A stretch of 64,000 nt of DNA from a bacterium (GTDB lineage Bacteria > Patescibacteriota > Minisyncoccia > Phycocordibacterales > UBA5272). Position numbers and translations under genes: made by a program. Below, in pieces: positions 39,181-48,283 of the stretch. The number at the start of each line of letters is the position of its first letter. Position 1 is the first letter of the stretch. The notes below the pieces were generated by a model. The model was not told the origin of the DNA. It searched no databases and saw nothing but the letters and a program-made list of their open reading frames with translations. The stretch lies in NCBI GenBank assembly GCA_043765155.1, contig JAYUJP010000027.1, positions 1,349-65,348 on the forward strand, read 5' to 3'.

Positions 39181-40257
39181 ATGAACAAAATAATAAATTA
39201 TAGGATAACCAATGACTCAATTATAAGAATAATATTATGGGCCGGACTCGCTTATTGCATGTTCTATTTTAGAGACTTGATACTTACTCTCCTCGTTGGT
39301 CTTGTCTTAGCTTCTACTATTGACCCAGTGGCTAAATTTTTTAAAAAATATAAAATACCAAGAGTGGTTACCGTTTCCAGCATATTTATTATTATGACGG
39401 CTATTGTCGCTGTGTCTATATCTTTTGTTATACCAGCTCTTGCTGATGACTTTGTTAGACTTATCGCCAAGCTCCCAATACTTTTAAATGAGATAAATAT
39501 TTTTGGAAAAGATTTAGGATTAAAAGAATTATCTGTTTATGTCACTGACTTGTCACGCGATATTTCAAAAGGTCAGATATTAACAGTACTCAAGAATTCT
39601 GTTATTGGTGCAGGCTCAGCACTTAATGCGACTGGCGCTGTGATTTCTAGTGTGGTTAATTTTTTGCTTACATTAGTATTTACCTTTTATTTGGCGGCTC
39701 AAGAAGATGGTATTAAGAAATTTCTCAAGCTCATTACACCCAAATTTTACGAGTTATATATTTTAGATCTATGGAATAGAAGTGAGAGGAAAATAGGGTC
39801 TTGGGCTGAAGGTCAGATACTGGCTGGTATTATTATGGGTGTACTCGTATATATACCTCTAAAGTTTATAGATATGCCGTACGCTTCTACATTTGCATTT
39901 TTATCATTTTTGGGTGAGATGATACCGATGGTAGGATTATTATTATCGTCTATACCAGCTATATTAGTTGCTTATTTTACTCATGATATGACTTATGCCC
40001 TCATAGTTGCGGCCATATTTGTCGTACTTGCTCAGCTTGAAAATTATGTTATATACCCAAAGATTATGAATAAGGTTATCGGTGTACCGGCCATAATAAT
40101 ACTTATATCTTTTATTGTAGGAGCAAAAGTCGCGGGTTTTTGGGGGGTAGTATTAGCTGTACCACTTGCAGCTATAATGATGGAGTTTGTTAATGACGTA
40201 TTACAAGAAAAGATACCCTCCAGACATAAAGAGCTAGAGACTATTGTGTATGAGTAA
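39181..40257 (+). CDS. AI-2E family (PerM/UPF0118) transporter
   Basis: Eight TM helices and the family-typical C-terminal region. Confidence 0.6.
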   Translation: MNKIINYRITNDSIIRIILWAGLAYCMFYFRDLILTLLVGLVLASTIDPVAKFFKKYKIPRVVTVSSIFIIMTAIVAVSISFVIPALADDFVRLIAKLPILLNEINIFGKDLGLKELSVYVTDLSRDISKGQILTVLKNSVIGAGSALNATGAVISSVVNFLLTLVFTFYLAAQEDGIKKFLKLITPKFYELYILDLWNRSERKIGSWAEGQILAGIIMGVLVYIPLKFIDMPYASTFAFLSFLGEMIPMVGLLLSSIPAILVAYFTHDMTYALIVAAIFVVLAQLENYVIYPKIMNKVIGVPAIIILISFIVGAKVAGFWGVVLAVPLAAIMMEFVNDVLQEKIPSRHKELETIVYE

Positions 40258-40290
40258 AAACTAAATGATCAAGTAAGACAGAATTTATAT

Positions 40291-41862
40291 ATGCAAAAAG
40301 AAGATAAATTAAATAAGCCAAAATTTTATATAACCACTACGCTGCCATACGTTAACGCTGACCCGCATATTGGATTTGCTATGGAGATAATTAGGGCTGA
40401 CGTGATAGCGCGCGCGAAGCGCGCGCTAGGGTATGAAGTATTTTTTAATACGGGTACTGATGAGCATGGTAGCAAAATTCACGAAGGAGGAGTAAAAGAA
40501 AACCTAACTACTCAGGAGTATGTAGATAAGTATTCAAATAGATTTAGGGACTTTTTAAAATTAGCCAATATTTCTAATAATGCTTTTATCAGAACTACAG
40601 ATAATAATCATAAATTAGCAGCCCAGAAAATGTGGAATATCTGCCTAGCAAAAGGTGATATATACAAAGCTAAACAGGTTATAAAATACTGCATCGGCTG
40701 CGAGATGGAAAAGACAGACAGTGAGCTGGACGATAATGGTAAATGCGGAGATCATCCAGGTAGAGATATAGTAATAAGTGAGGAGGAGAATTATTTTTTT
40801 AGATTTTCAAAATACGAAAAAGATTTACTCGCTCTGTATGATGCTGGATTAGTTAAGCCTGACTTTAGGGGTAAAGAGATATATAACTTTGTCGCTGGGG
40901 GTTTGCATGATTTTTCAGTATCAAGGCTTAAGAGCAAAATGCCATGGGGCGTAGACGTGCCAGGTGATGATGAGCATGTTATGTATGTGTGGTTTGATGC
41001 GCTAACTAGTTATATTTCAACTCTTGGCTGGGGAGTAGAAAAAAAAGATGAAAACAAAAGAGAAGATAGTGTAGAAAATAATTTTGAAAAATTCTGGCAG
41101 CAGAGCAGTCAAGAAAAAAGAGAAGTGGTGCAGTATTGTGGTAAGGACAATAACAAGGCGCAGTCAGCAATATGGCAGGCGATGTTACTCTCGGCTGAAA
41201 TCAAAAATACAACTACTATAAATATCAATGGACACATAATAAGTAATGGGGTAAAAATGAGTAAGAGTATTGGTAATGTGATTAGCCCATTTGACGTGAT
41301 AGAAAAGTATAAAGATGTTACAGATTATGCAGAAGAGGTGTTAAGATTTGTGCTTTGTCACGAGGTATCCACTTATGAGGATAGTGATGTTACCAATGAA
41401 AGTATAGAGATAGCCTATAAGTCATATTTACAGAATGGTATTGGTAATCAAGTTAACAGAATATTAAAGCTCTCAAGTACGCACTTAACGCTAGATGATA
41501 TAAAAAATATTTTGACAAAAGCAGAAGAGGGTAAGCTTGATCAAGACTATATAGAATATCTAAATAATTTTAAAATTAATGAAGCCATACATTTGGTAAC
41601 AGATAAAATAAAATCTTTGGACGAATATATACAAAGTAGCGAACCATTTAAACTTATCAAAAGTGATGGGGGCGGCAATAATGTAAAGGCAACAGAGGAT
41701 AGGCAAAAAGGTATAGAAATAATAAAAGAGTCTATCTTAAAATTATGCGAAATAGGGCATCACCTCTATTTCTTTATGCCTCGCCTTTCTATAGATATTT
41801 ATAATCACATAAAAGAAAACAAAATGCCAGAGAAACCTTTCTTTGCGAGGTTAGAAAAGTGA
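40291..41862 (+). CDS. metG: Methionyl-tRNA synthetase
   Basis: PYVNADPHIGFA (HIGH region), NTGTDEHGSKI, zinc knuckle CIGC...CGDH, and VKMSKSIGN (KMSKS). Confidence 0.8.
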   Translation: MQKEDKLNKPKFYITTTLPYVNADPHIGFAMEIIRADVIARAKRALGYEVFFNTGTDEHGSKIHEGGVKENLTTQEYVDKYSNRFRDFLKLANISNNAFIRTTDNNHKLAAQKMWNICLAKGDIYKAKQVIKYCIGCEMEKTDSELDDNGKCGDHPGRDIVISEEENYFFRFSKYEKDLLALYDAGLVKPDFRGKEIYNFVAGGLHDFSVSRLKSKMPWGVDVPGDDEHVMYVWFDALTSYISTLGWGVEKKDENKREDSVENNFEKFWQQSSQEKREVVQYCGKDNNKAQSAIWQAMLLSAEIKNTTTININGHIISNGVKMSKSIGNVISPFDVIEKYKDVTDYAEEVLRFVLCHEVSTYEDSDVTNESIEIAYKSYLQNGIGNQVNRILKLSSTHLTLDDIKNILTKAEEGKLDQDYIEYLNNFKINEAIHLVTDKIKSLDEYIQSSEPFKLIKSDGGGNNVKATEDRQKGIEIIKESILKLCEIGHHLYFFMPRLSIDIYNHIKENKMPEKPFFARLEK

Positions 41863-41999
41863 CAAACTAGAGAAGTAGATAAGATAAAAAATAGTACAGA
41901 GAACATAATAGCGCCGCCCGGAGGGCGGCGCTATTATGTTTACACAAAAGATATTCAAGTTTTACCCTTCATTTTTTATTCTATCAGTTTAGTTAGTAT

Positions 42000-42434
42000 T
42001 TACTTCCACACACCTAGCCATATTCCGATATACTCTACTACGCCGTATAAGAATATTATATAAAATATTATGCCGGCTATTAGTGCTAGCGCTAGCTTGT
42101 TTATGATTTCATTTCTACGCTTTTTGACATCGTCTAGGGTGCATACCCCAGCTCTTTTCATATAAAAGTAAAAAGCTACAAGCAATGCTATTAGTCCCAA
42201 AGCGCGGAATGCCCACTTATAAGTCCCGTAAAATATATTAGCAATATCACCGGCAATGCTAACACTAACTAACCCGAGAGAAAGTAGTATTATTGGTGAC
42301 AGGCAGCATAGCGAGGCTATAACTGCAGGTACGCTTGCTATCTTAAAAGCTTCTTTTAATTTTACAGATATTGGCCTAGTATCTTTAATTTGATCAGCTC
42401 TTATTATATTATATTTTGGTTTTGTTTTTTGCAT
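42000..42434 (-). CDS. Small membrane protein with an intramembrane CC motif, last gene of the msrAB operon
   Basis: SLCCLSPIILL in the first TM. Four TM helices. Function unknown, possibly thiol/redox- or metal-related. Confidence 0.35.
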   Translation of the reverse strand: MQKTKPKYNIIRADQIKDTRPISVKLKEAFKIASVPAVIASLCCLSPIILLSLGLVSVSIAGDIANIFYGTYKWAFRALGLIALLVAFYFYMKRAGVCTLDDVKKRRNEIINKLALALIAGIIFYIIFLYGVVEYIGIWLGVWK

Positions 42435-42476
42435 ACTTTTGATTAAGTGTAATCACCACTTAAGTATTTTTTTGTA

Positions 42477-43724
42477 TTATTTTAATAAGCTAGTATACTC
42501 ACCATAAGCCCCCTTCTCCATATCAGTTAAAGGTATAAATTTCATCGCAGCTCCGTTCATACAATATCTTTTGCCTCCTCTATCACTTGGTCCATCTTCA
42601 AATACATGACCTAGATGTGAGTCGGCTATCTTACTTCTAACCTCTGTTCTGGTTGAGAATATTCCATCATCAACGTGAAATGTCACAGCGTATTCAGATA
42701 TAGGCTTTACAAAGCTTGGCCAGCCTGTGCCGCTATTATATTTATCTTTTGATAAAAATAGTGGCTCACCAGAAACTATGTCTACGTATAGGCCCACCTC
42801 TTTGTTATCATTATAATTACCATTTGAAAATGGTTTTTCGGTACCACTATCTTGAGTTACTTTTAGGCTAATAGCGCTCAAAGTTTTTAATTTTTCATTT
42901 TTAATTTGCGGAGCAAAATTCTCCCAGCTTTTTACATTTTTGTTTTCGTTCAAATTGCTTGATACATTCTCGACTCTATTTACTTTTGTAGTAGATCCAT
43001 CTTGCCAGTGTAATTTGATAAAGTCATTACGCCCCGAGCCGTCACGATACAGCTCATATCTGACTGGATTCTTATCCTTATAATCTTGATGATACTCCTC
43101 GGCAGGATAAAAATTATTATAGGGTAATATTTCGGTTACTATTTTTTTAGTTAAAAATTTTGGATTATTATCTATATAATCTTGCGTTTCTAGTTTTGAT
43201 TTTTCTATTGCCAGCTTTTGCTCATCATTTGTATAGTATATAGCAGTAGTATATTGATAACCCTGATCTGCAAATTGCCCATACGCATCGGTCGGGTCTA
43301 TATGACGCCAGTATTTTGCAAGTAGATTATTAAGAGTGGTACTAGCACTATTATAATATACAAGTACCGCCTCACGCGCCCTCACATCACCACTACCAAC
43401 TTCAGCGTAGCTTGGATTTTCTTTTGCGCTATCAGCATATCCAGATATAGCAGTTACTACGCCTTCAAGATGATTAAATTCTGACTCGGTGCACCAGAAA
43501 CACCCACCAGCAAAAACTATTTTGCTATAATTTTTCTCTAATTCTTCTTGTGTTAAGTTTTCTTTGTTCATACTTTTGTTTTGTTTAAGATTTATAGCTT
43601 GCTCTAGTGTTAGATTTTTGGATGTATATTTTTGATATATTATAGTTGATAAATAGATGGCTATTACTAGTATTATACTATATATTATTGGAGTTGGTAT
43701 TTTTAGATTTAAGATTTTTTGCAT
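42477..43724 (-). CDS. msrAB: Membrane-anchored bifunctional peptide-methionine (S)/(R)-sulfoxide reductase MsrA-MsrB
   Basis: N-terminal TM anchor. MsrA GCFWCTE. MsrB HLGHVFEDGP...RYCMN. Confidence 0.85.
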   Translation of the reverse strand: MQKILNLKIPTPIIYSIILVIAIYLSTIIYQKYTSKNLTLEQAINLKQNKSMNKENLTQEELEKNYSKIVFAGGCFWCTESEFNHLEGVVTAISGYADSAKENPSYAEVGSGDVRAREAVLVYYNSASTTLNNLLAKYWRHIDPTDAYGQFADQGYQYTTAIYYTNDEQKLAIEKSKLETQDYIDNNPKFLTKKIVTEILPYNNFYPAEEYHQDYKDKNPVRYELYRDGSGRNDFIKLHWQDGSTTKVNRVENVSSNLNENKNVKSWENFAPQIKNEKLKTLSAISLKVTQDSGTEKPFSNGNYNDNKEVGLYVDIVSGEPLFLSKDKYNSGTGWPSFVKPISEYAVTFHVDDGIFSTRTEVRSKIADSHLGHVFEDGPSDRGGKRYCMNGAAMKFIPLTDMEKGAYGEYTSLLK

Positions 43725-43733
43725 ACTTTTTTG

Positions 43734-44117
43734 TTAATGTGTACTCTTTATTATTTTAGACAAAATAATTTTACCTATAGATAGGACACAAAGTATAAGC
43801 ATATTACTTATATAACTCGTGTGCGTAAAAGTTTTGTACACTATGTCTACAGTAAGCACAAGTATAGTTATGATATACAAGTATCTGTCCACTTTTGATC
43901 TTATATATTCGTCACGCTCATCATATATCTTTTCTTGCCATATGAGGAGGGCATACATAGCAGCTATTAAAGTTATAAATCCAGACACCATCATGCCATC
44001 ATTTAGTACATCAAAATAGTAGACAAAAAATAGAGTAACCAAAGATAACCCTAGGATCAATTCTTTTACTTTGTTTGAGATGCCCTGCAAAGCTTTTACT
44101 AATTTTAACTTTTTCAT
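43734..44117 (-). CDS. Small membrane protein partnered with the YozG-like regulator
   Basis: Four TM helices. Starts 39 nt after the HTH gene, which is the typical regulator-membrane protein pair. Confidence 0.4.
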   Translation of the reverse strand: MKKLKLVKALQGISNKVKELILGLSLVTLFFVYYFDVLNDGMMVSGFITLIAAMYALLIWQEKIYDERDEYIRSKVDRYLYIITILVLTVDIVYKTFTHTSYISNMLILCVLSIGKIILSKIIKSTH

Positions 44118-44155
44118 ATTATATTTTTTTATTTATAAGTTGATAATTTTATGTT

Positions 44156-44356
44156 TTATTTTTCTAAATAAAACAAATCTTCTACTTGCATCTTTAAAAA
44201 CTTAGCCAGCTTTAGAGCAAGAGTAATTGATGGCTGATATACAGACTTTTCTATTGATATAATAGTCTGCCTACTAACAGAAACACTCTCGGCAAGTTGT
44301 TCTTGTGAGAGCGATTTCTGCAACCTGTATTCTTTTAGATTATTTTTAAGAGTCAC
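44156..44356 (-). CDS. XRE-family HTH transcriptional regulator (YozG-like)
   Basis: 66 aa. LSQEQLAESVSVSRQTIISIEKSVYQPSITLALKLAKFL aligns with YozG-type Cro/CI HTH. Confidence 0.75.
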   Translation of the reverse strand: MTLKNNLKEYRLQKSLSQEQLAESVSVSRQTIISIEKSVYQPSITLALKLAKFLKMQVEDLFYLEK

Positions 44357-44389
44357 TATTATAAATGTTTATTTTTTAATAATATGAAA

Positions 44390-44842
44390 TTAGTTCTGTT
44401 TGATCATCTTATCGTCTTTCATCATAGTTCCAGATGCCATAGTATCTTTTTTCATCTCGTCCTTCATCATCATTTTTGCAGCCTTATATTTCATTACTGC
44501 CTTTTTAGTAAGATTACCATAATAACCTTTAGTTGAACCTTTTGGCATTTTAAGATATCCTTTTTCAATTAGCATCATTTGCAATTTCTCTATATCAGCT
44601 TTTTTAGATTTAGAATTTGTAGACTCGTACATCATTTCCATCTTCATAGCCTCCTCAGTCATTTTCATTTTATCATCCATTTTCTTGTCCATCATCTTAT
44701 CGTCTTTCATCATAGTTACAGATGCCATAGTATCTTTTTTCATCTCGTCTCTCATCATTGTTGTTGTAGGGGTCATTTCCATAGCGCTAGTAAGTGTTAT
44801 CGCTAGAGCAGCTGCTCCTAAAGTTGTTATTATTTTATTCAT
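44390..44842 (-). CDS. Secreted methionine-rich (about 20% Met) protein with a central PG-binding-like domain
   Basis: Signal peptide. 30 Met in 150 aa. Duplicated MMKDEMKKDTMAS-TMMKDDKM modules flanking ADIEKLQMMLIEKGYL...GYYGNLTKKAVMKYK. Confidence 0.6.
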   Translation of the reverse strand: MNKIITTLGAAALAITLTSAMEMTPTTTMMRDEMKKDTMASVTMMKDDKMMDKKMDDKMKMTEEAMKMEMMYESTNSKSKKADIEKLQMMLIEKGYLKMPKGSTKGYYGNLTKKAVMKYKAAKMMMKDEMKKDTMASGTMMKDDKMIKQN

Positions 44843-45344
44843 ATTTTTTTATTTTCTAAAGCCTTAGCCTTAAAGAGTTAATTTATTTTGTAATTTGTAT
44901 GCAAAGCCATCTTCACATATGTAAAGTATACTTTACTTTAATTTAAAAGTCAACAAGTTATTTCTAACAAATAGAAATGATGGGGATAAGTCTTGTGTAT
45001 AGTAAATTAAAACTAATAAATATAAAGTAGATATTAAGTACTTTACTTTTATATATATATGTGCTATAATATTATGATCTTTAAATTATCATTTGTATTA
45101 TTTCAATTTTTCGAGCTAACGATTTCTATAGCAGTAAGGTCTTATAAATACAATTGGGTACTGGCAAAAATAAAATAATTTTTAAAATTTACAAATTTTA
45201 CTTAATTTATTTTTGTAGCAACGAGTACGTGGTGATGATTATGAGATTAGAAATAATTAACAAATAATAATTATAAAATATTTTTTATTAATTCTCTATT
45301 TATTATATATAGAGATATTTTAAATATTTTTACAAAAACAAAAT

Positions 45345-46676
45345 ATGTATAACAGCAGAAATGGTGGAGGTAGAGACGGGGGTAGTCGTGAAGGGGGAAG
45401 TAGAGAGGGCGGATCAAGAGGAGGATTTTCTTCTGGATCACGTGGCGGCTTTGGAGGTGGACGCGGATCTTTTGGTGGTAGTCGCGGCGGTTCACGCGGA
45501 GGATCAAGAGGTGGCAATGGAGGTGGCTTTGCTCGCCCATTTGATCCAAAGAGAAGTTTTAAAAAAGACAATATAGACACAAAATTATTTATAAATAAGG
45601 CGGTAGTAGTAAAGGATGTTGACGTATACATACCAAAACATTCTTATGCTGATTTTGACCTTTCAGAAAAGTTACAGGCAAATGTAGCTCATATGGGTAT
45701 CAATCACCCAAGCCCAATCCAGGATCAGGCTATACCAGTAGTTATGACTGGTAAGGACGTGATAGGTATAGCATCGACTGGTACTGGTAAGACTGCAGCA
45801 TTTTTGGTCCCAATGATCAAAAATCTAGAAGCTAATTACAAAGACAAAGTGATGGTCATGTGTCCAACACGTGAGCTTGCTGAGCAGGTTGAGGGTCACT
45901 TTAGAAAAATGACAAAAGATATGAAGCTATATTCATTTCCAATTGTTGGTGGATCGCCAATATTTAAGCAAATTCATGAGCTTAAAAATGGACTAGATAT
46001 GGTCATAGGAACTCCAGGTCGTATCAAGGATCTTATCGAGAGAGGTAAGATAGACATGGGAGACTTTAAATATGTAATCCTAGACGAGGCTGACAGAATG
46101 TTAGATATGGGATTCATCGGGGACATGCGTGAGATACTAGGTAAGATGCGCGCTGACAAGCAGGCATTATTCTTCTCAGCGACATTTTCAGATGACATAA
46201 AGAGACTCTGTAAAGACTTTCTAAAAGATCCTACAACCATTACTATCAAGTCAAGAGATACAAGTGCCAATGTGAATCAAGACGTTATCAAGTTCTCAGG
46301 ACGTGATGACAAGCTAAGGAAACTGCGTGAGTTACTAGATAGAAAAGATGTTAGCAAAGTTATAATATTCCGCGAGACTAAGCGTGATACTGACGGACTT
46401 GCTGATGATCTTCGTGATGCTGGATATGCTGCGAATGCAATACATGGTGACATGCGTAATAGCGAGCGTAAAAGAGCGCTAGCTGACCTTGCATCTGGCA
46501 AGGCTCAAGTAGTTATTGCTACTGACGTCGCAGCGCGTGGTATAGATATTAGTGATATTACTCACGTTATCAATTATGATATCCCAAATAATTATGAGAC
46601 ATATGTACATCGTATCGGTCGTACAGGACGCGCTGGTAAAACCGGCGAGGCTTATACTTTTATCGGAGGTAGATAA
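45345..46676 (+). CDS. DEAD-box ATP-dependent RNA helicase with an N-terminal RGG/Gly-Arg-rich region
   Basis: Q-motif. Walker A ASTGTGKT. VILDEADRMLDMGF. SAT-like and HRIGRTGRAG. About 60 aa of (S/G)RGG repeats at the N-terminus. Confidence 0.85.
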   Translation: MYNSRNGGGRDGGSREGGSREGGSRGGFSSGSRGGFGGGRGSFGGSRGGSRGGSRGGNGGGFARPFDPKRSFKKDNIDTKLFINKAVVVKDVDVYIPKHSYADFDLSEKLQANVAHMGINHPSPIQDQAIPVVMTGKDVIGIASTGTGKTAAFLVPMIKNLEANYKDKVMVMCPTRELAEQVEGHFRKMTKDMKLYSFPIVGGSPIFKQIHELKNGLDMVIGTPGRIKDLIERGKIDMGDFKYVILDEADRMLDMGFIGDMREILGKMRADKQALFFSATFSDDIKRLCKDFLKDPTTITIKSRDTSANVNQDVIKFSGRDDKLRKLRELLDRKDVSKVIIFRETKRDTDGLADDLRDAGYAANAIHGDMRNSERKRALADLASGKAQVVIATDVAARGIDISDITHVINYDIPNNYETYVHRIGRTGRAGKTGEAYTFIGGR

Positions 46677-46741
46677 TCTATAATACTCTAAGTAATAATT
46701 TTAAAAATTTGCAGTTAATGGTAACTACAAAATAAATAAAA

Positions 46742-46778
46742 CAATAGCGCCGGCGTAGCCGGCGCTATTGTTTTATTT
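46742..46778 (+). terminator. Rho-independent terminator of the GCGCCGGC-GTA-GCCGGCGC family
   Basis: CAATAGCGCCGGCGTAGCCGGCGCTATTGTTTTATTT. Confidence 0.7.
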
Positions 46779-46810
46779 AACACATTTTGCAAAAAGTCGC
46801 AAAATGTGTT
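46779..46810 (+). promoter_or_regulatory. 12-bp perfect inverted repeat (AACACATTTTGC-N8-GCAAAATGTGTT) overlapping the rpsF promoter/leader. Candidate operator or leader hairpin.
   Basis: Read directly. Immediately upstream of TTAATATATAAATCT-ATG of rpsF. Confidence 0.4.
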
Positions 46811-47306
46811 AATATATAAATCTATGAACAAAGAAAATGAAACCATAGTAGATTCAGAAGAGTCTATTAAAAGAGTATATGAAGTATCGTACATTTTAGT
46901 ACCTACGATCTCAGAAGACTCTGCGACTGCAAAAGCAGAAGCATTTAAAAAATCTATTGCTGACCTTGATGCCAGCTTCATTTCTGAGGAGACTCCATAC
47001 ATGAGAGATCTCGCTTACGAAATGGTGCGTGTTATCAAGAATGCCAACAACAGATTTGACACAGGATATTTTGGCTGGGTAAAATTTGAAATAGATCCAA
47101 AGAATTTGGCATCTTTTGAAAAGGCTATCAAGCTGGATGAAGAGGTGATAAGATACCTTGTAGTAAAAGCCGACCGCGATATAAATGTATATACCAAAAA
47201 GTCTATGCAAGCAAAATCAATAGAAAGCGATGAGGCAAATATCGACACAGCTAATCAAGACGCTAAGACTGAAGTAAAATCAGACGCAGTAGAAGTAGTA
47301 GCATAA
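46806..47306 (+). CDS. rpsF: 30S ribosomal protein S6 with an acidic C-terminal extension
   Basis: S6 fold sequence (YEVSYILVP...GYFGWVKFEIDP...IRYLVVKAD). rpsF-ssb-rpsR synteny. Confidence 0.75.
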   Translation: MLIYKSMNKENETIVDSEESIKRVYEVSYILVPTISEDSATAKAEAFKKSIADLDASFISEETPYMRDLAYEMVRVIKNANNRFDTGYFGWVKFEIDPKNLASFEKAIKLDEEVIRYLVVKADRDINVYTKKSMQAKSIESDEANIDTANQDAKTEVKSDAVEVVA

Positions 47307-47408
47307 TACTAGCGATAGTAGTACCTAAAAGTATTCGCAACTTTTGCCTTAATATAGTATAATGTATTTATTAAAAATAAATTAAATTTAAATTTTCAAA
47401 TATAATAT

Positions 47409-47882
47409 ATGTATCTTAACAAAGTTGTGATAATAGGTAATCTTACCAAGGACCCAGAGTTAAAGTCTCTTCCAAATGGAAACAAAGTGTGCTCATTTTC
47501 AGTTGCTACCAACAGAACATTTAAAGATGCTGCAGGTAACAAAAAAGAGGAGGTAGAGTATCACAATGTAGTAGTATTTGGGCGAGTTGCTGAGACATCA
47601 GGACAATATCTTAAAAAAGGTCAGCAAGCAATGATAGAGGGACGCATAGTTACAAGGTCTTGGGATGATGCTAATGGAGGCGGTAAAAAATATCGCACCG
47701 AGATAGTCGCAGACAGTGTACAATTTGGTCCAAAAGCTGGAGGTATGAGTAGTGGAAATAGCTCAGACTCAAGTAATATGAGTAACAGCTCAGCTCCGTC
47801 ATCAGCTAGCAACAAAGACTCTTCAGAGCTAGATACAATAGACTACGGAGAGGTGATAAACCCAGACGATATACCATTTTAA
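47409..47882 (+). CDS. ssb: Single-stranded DNA-binding protein
   Basis: OB-fold N-terminus. Gly/Ser-rich linker. C-terminal DDIPF tip. Confidence 0.85.
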   Translation: MYLNKVVIIGNLTKDPELKSLPNGNKVCSFSVATNRTFKDAAGNKKEEVEYHNVVVFGRVAETSGQYLKKGQQAMIEGRIVTRSWDDANGGGKKYRTEIVADSVQFGPKAGGMSSGNSSDSSNMSNSSAPSSASNKDSSELDTIDYGEVINPDDIPF

Positions 47883-47955
47883 TTAATTAAAATGATAGCT
47901 AAAAATAAATTAATTACTAATTAAAACTTAGAAAATAATTTATAAAAATATTAAT

Positions 47956-48144
47956 ATGAAAAACAAACAAGTAATTAAAAATATAGACTACAAGGACATA
48001 GATACTTTGAAAAAAGCTATCAATCCAAATGCACGTATATTAGGTAGACGCAAGACTAGTCTTTCTGCTAATCAGCAAAAGACTCTTGCAGCAGCTATCA
48101 AGCGCGCTAGATTCATGGGTCTACTTCCATATATCGCAAGATAA
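47956..48144 (+). CDS. rpsR: 30S ribosomal protein S18
   Basis: IDYKDIDTLKKAI...RILGRRKT..S...QKTLAAAIKRARFMGLLPY. Confidence 0.8.
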   Translation: MKNKQVIKNIDYKDIDTLKKAINPNARILGRRKTSLSANQQKTLAAAIKRARFMGLLPYIAR

Positions 48145-48145
48145 C

Positions 48146-48176
48146 AAAAAAGCGCCGGCGTAGCCGGCGCTTTTTT
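48146..48176 (+). terminator. Rho-independent terminator of the GCGCCGGC-GTA-GCCGGCGC family
   Basis: AAAAAGCGCCGGCGTAGCCGGCGCTTTTTT. Confidence 0.75.
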
Positions 48177-48283
48177 GTTATCTGTGATATTTTGTGTTAC
48201 AATGTAAAAGTTAAAAATAATCTAAACAACTAAAAATTTTAAATAAAATAATACCCAGTAGGTAATTCTACTGAATCAAATAT

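Noticed and set aside
44579-44867. His-rich plus-strand ORFs (44579..44806, 44685..44867) opposite the Met-rich gene
   Set aside because: They are reverse-complement artefacts of ATG-rich coding sequence (CAT = His). The sense frame has a signal peptide and a PG-binding domain.
45320-45631. Pro-rich minus-strand ORF and a shifted plus-strand ORF (45361..45576) at the helicase 5' end
   Set aside because: They are antisense or frameshifted readings of the RGG-coding GC-rich repeat. The DEAD-box frame is continuous.
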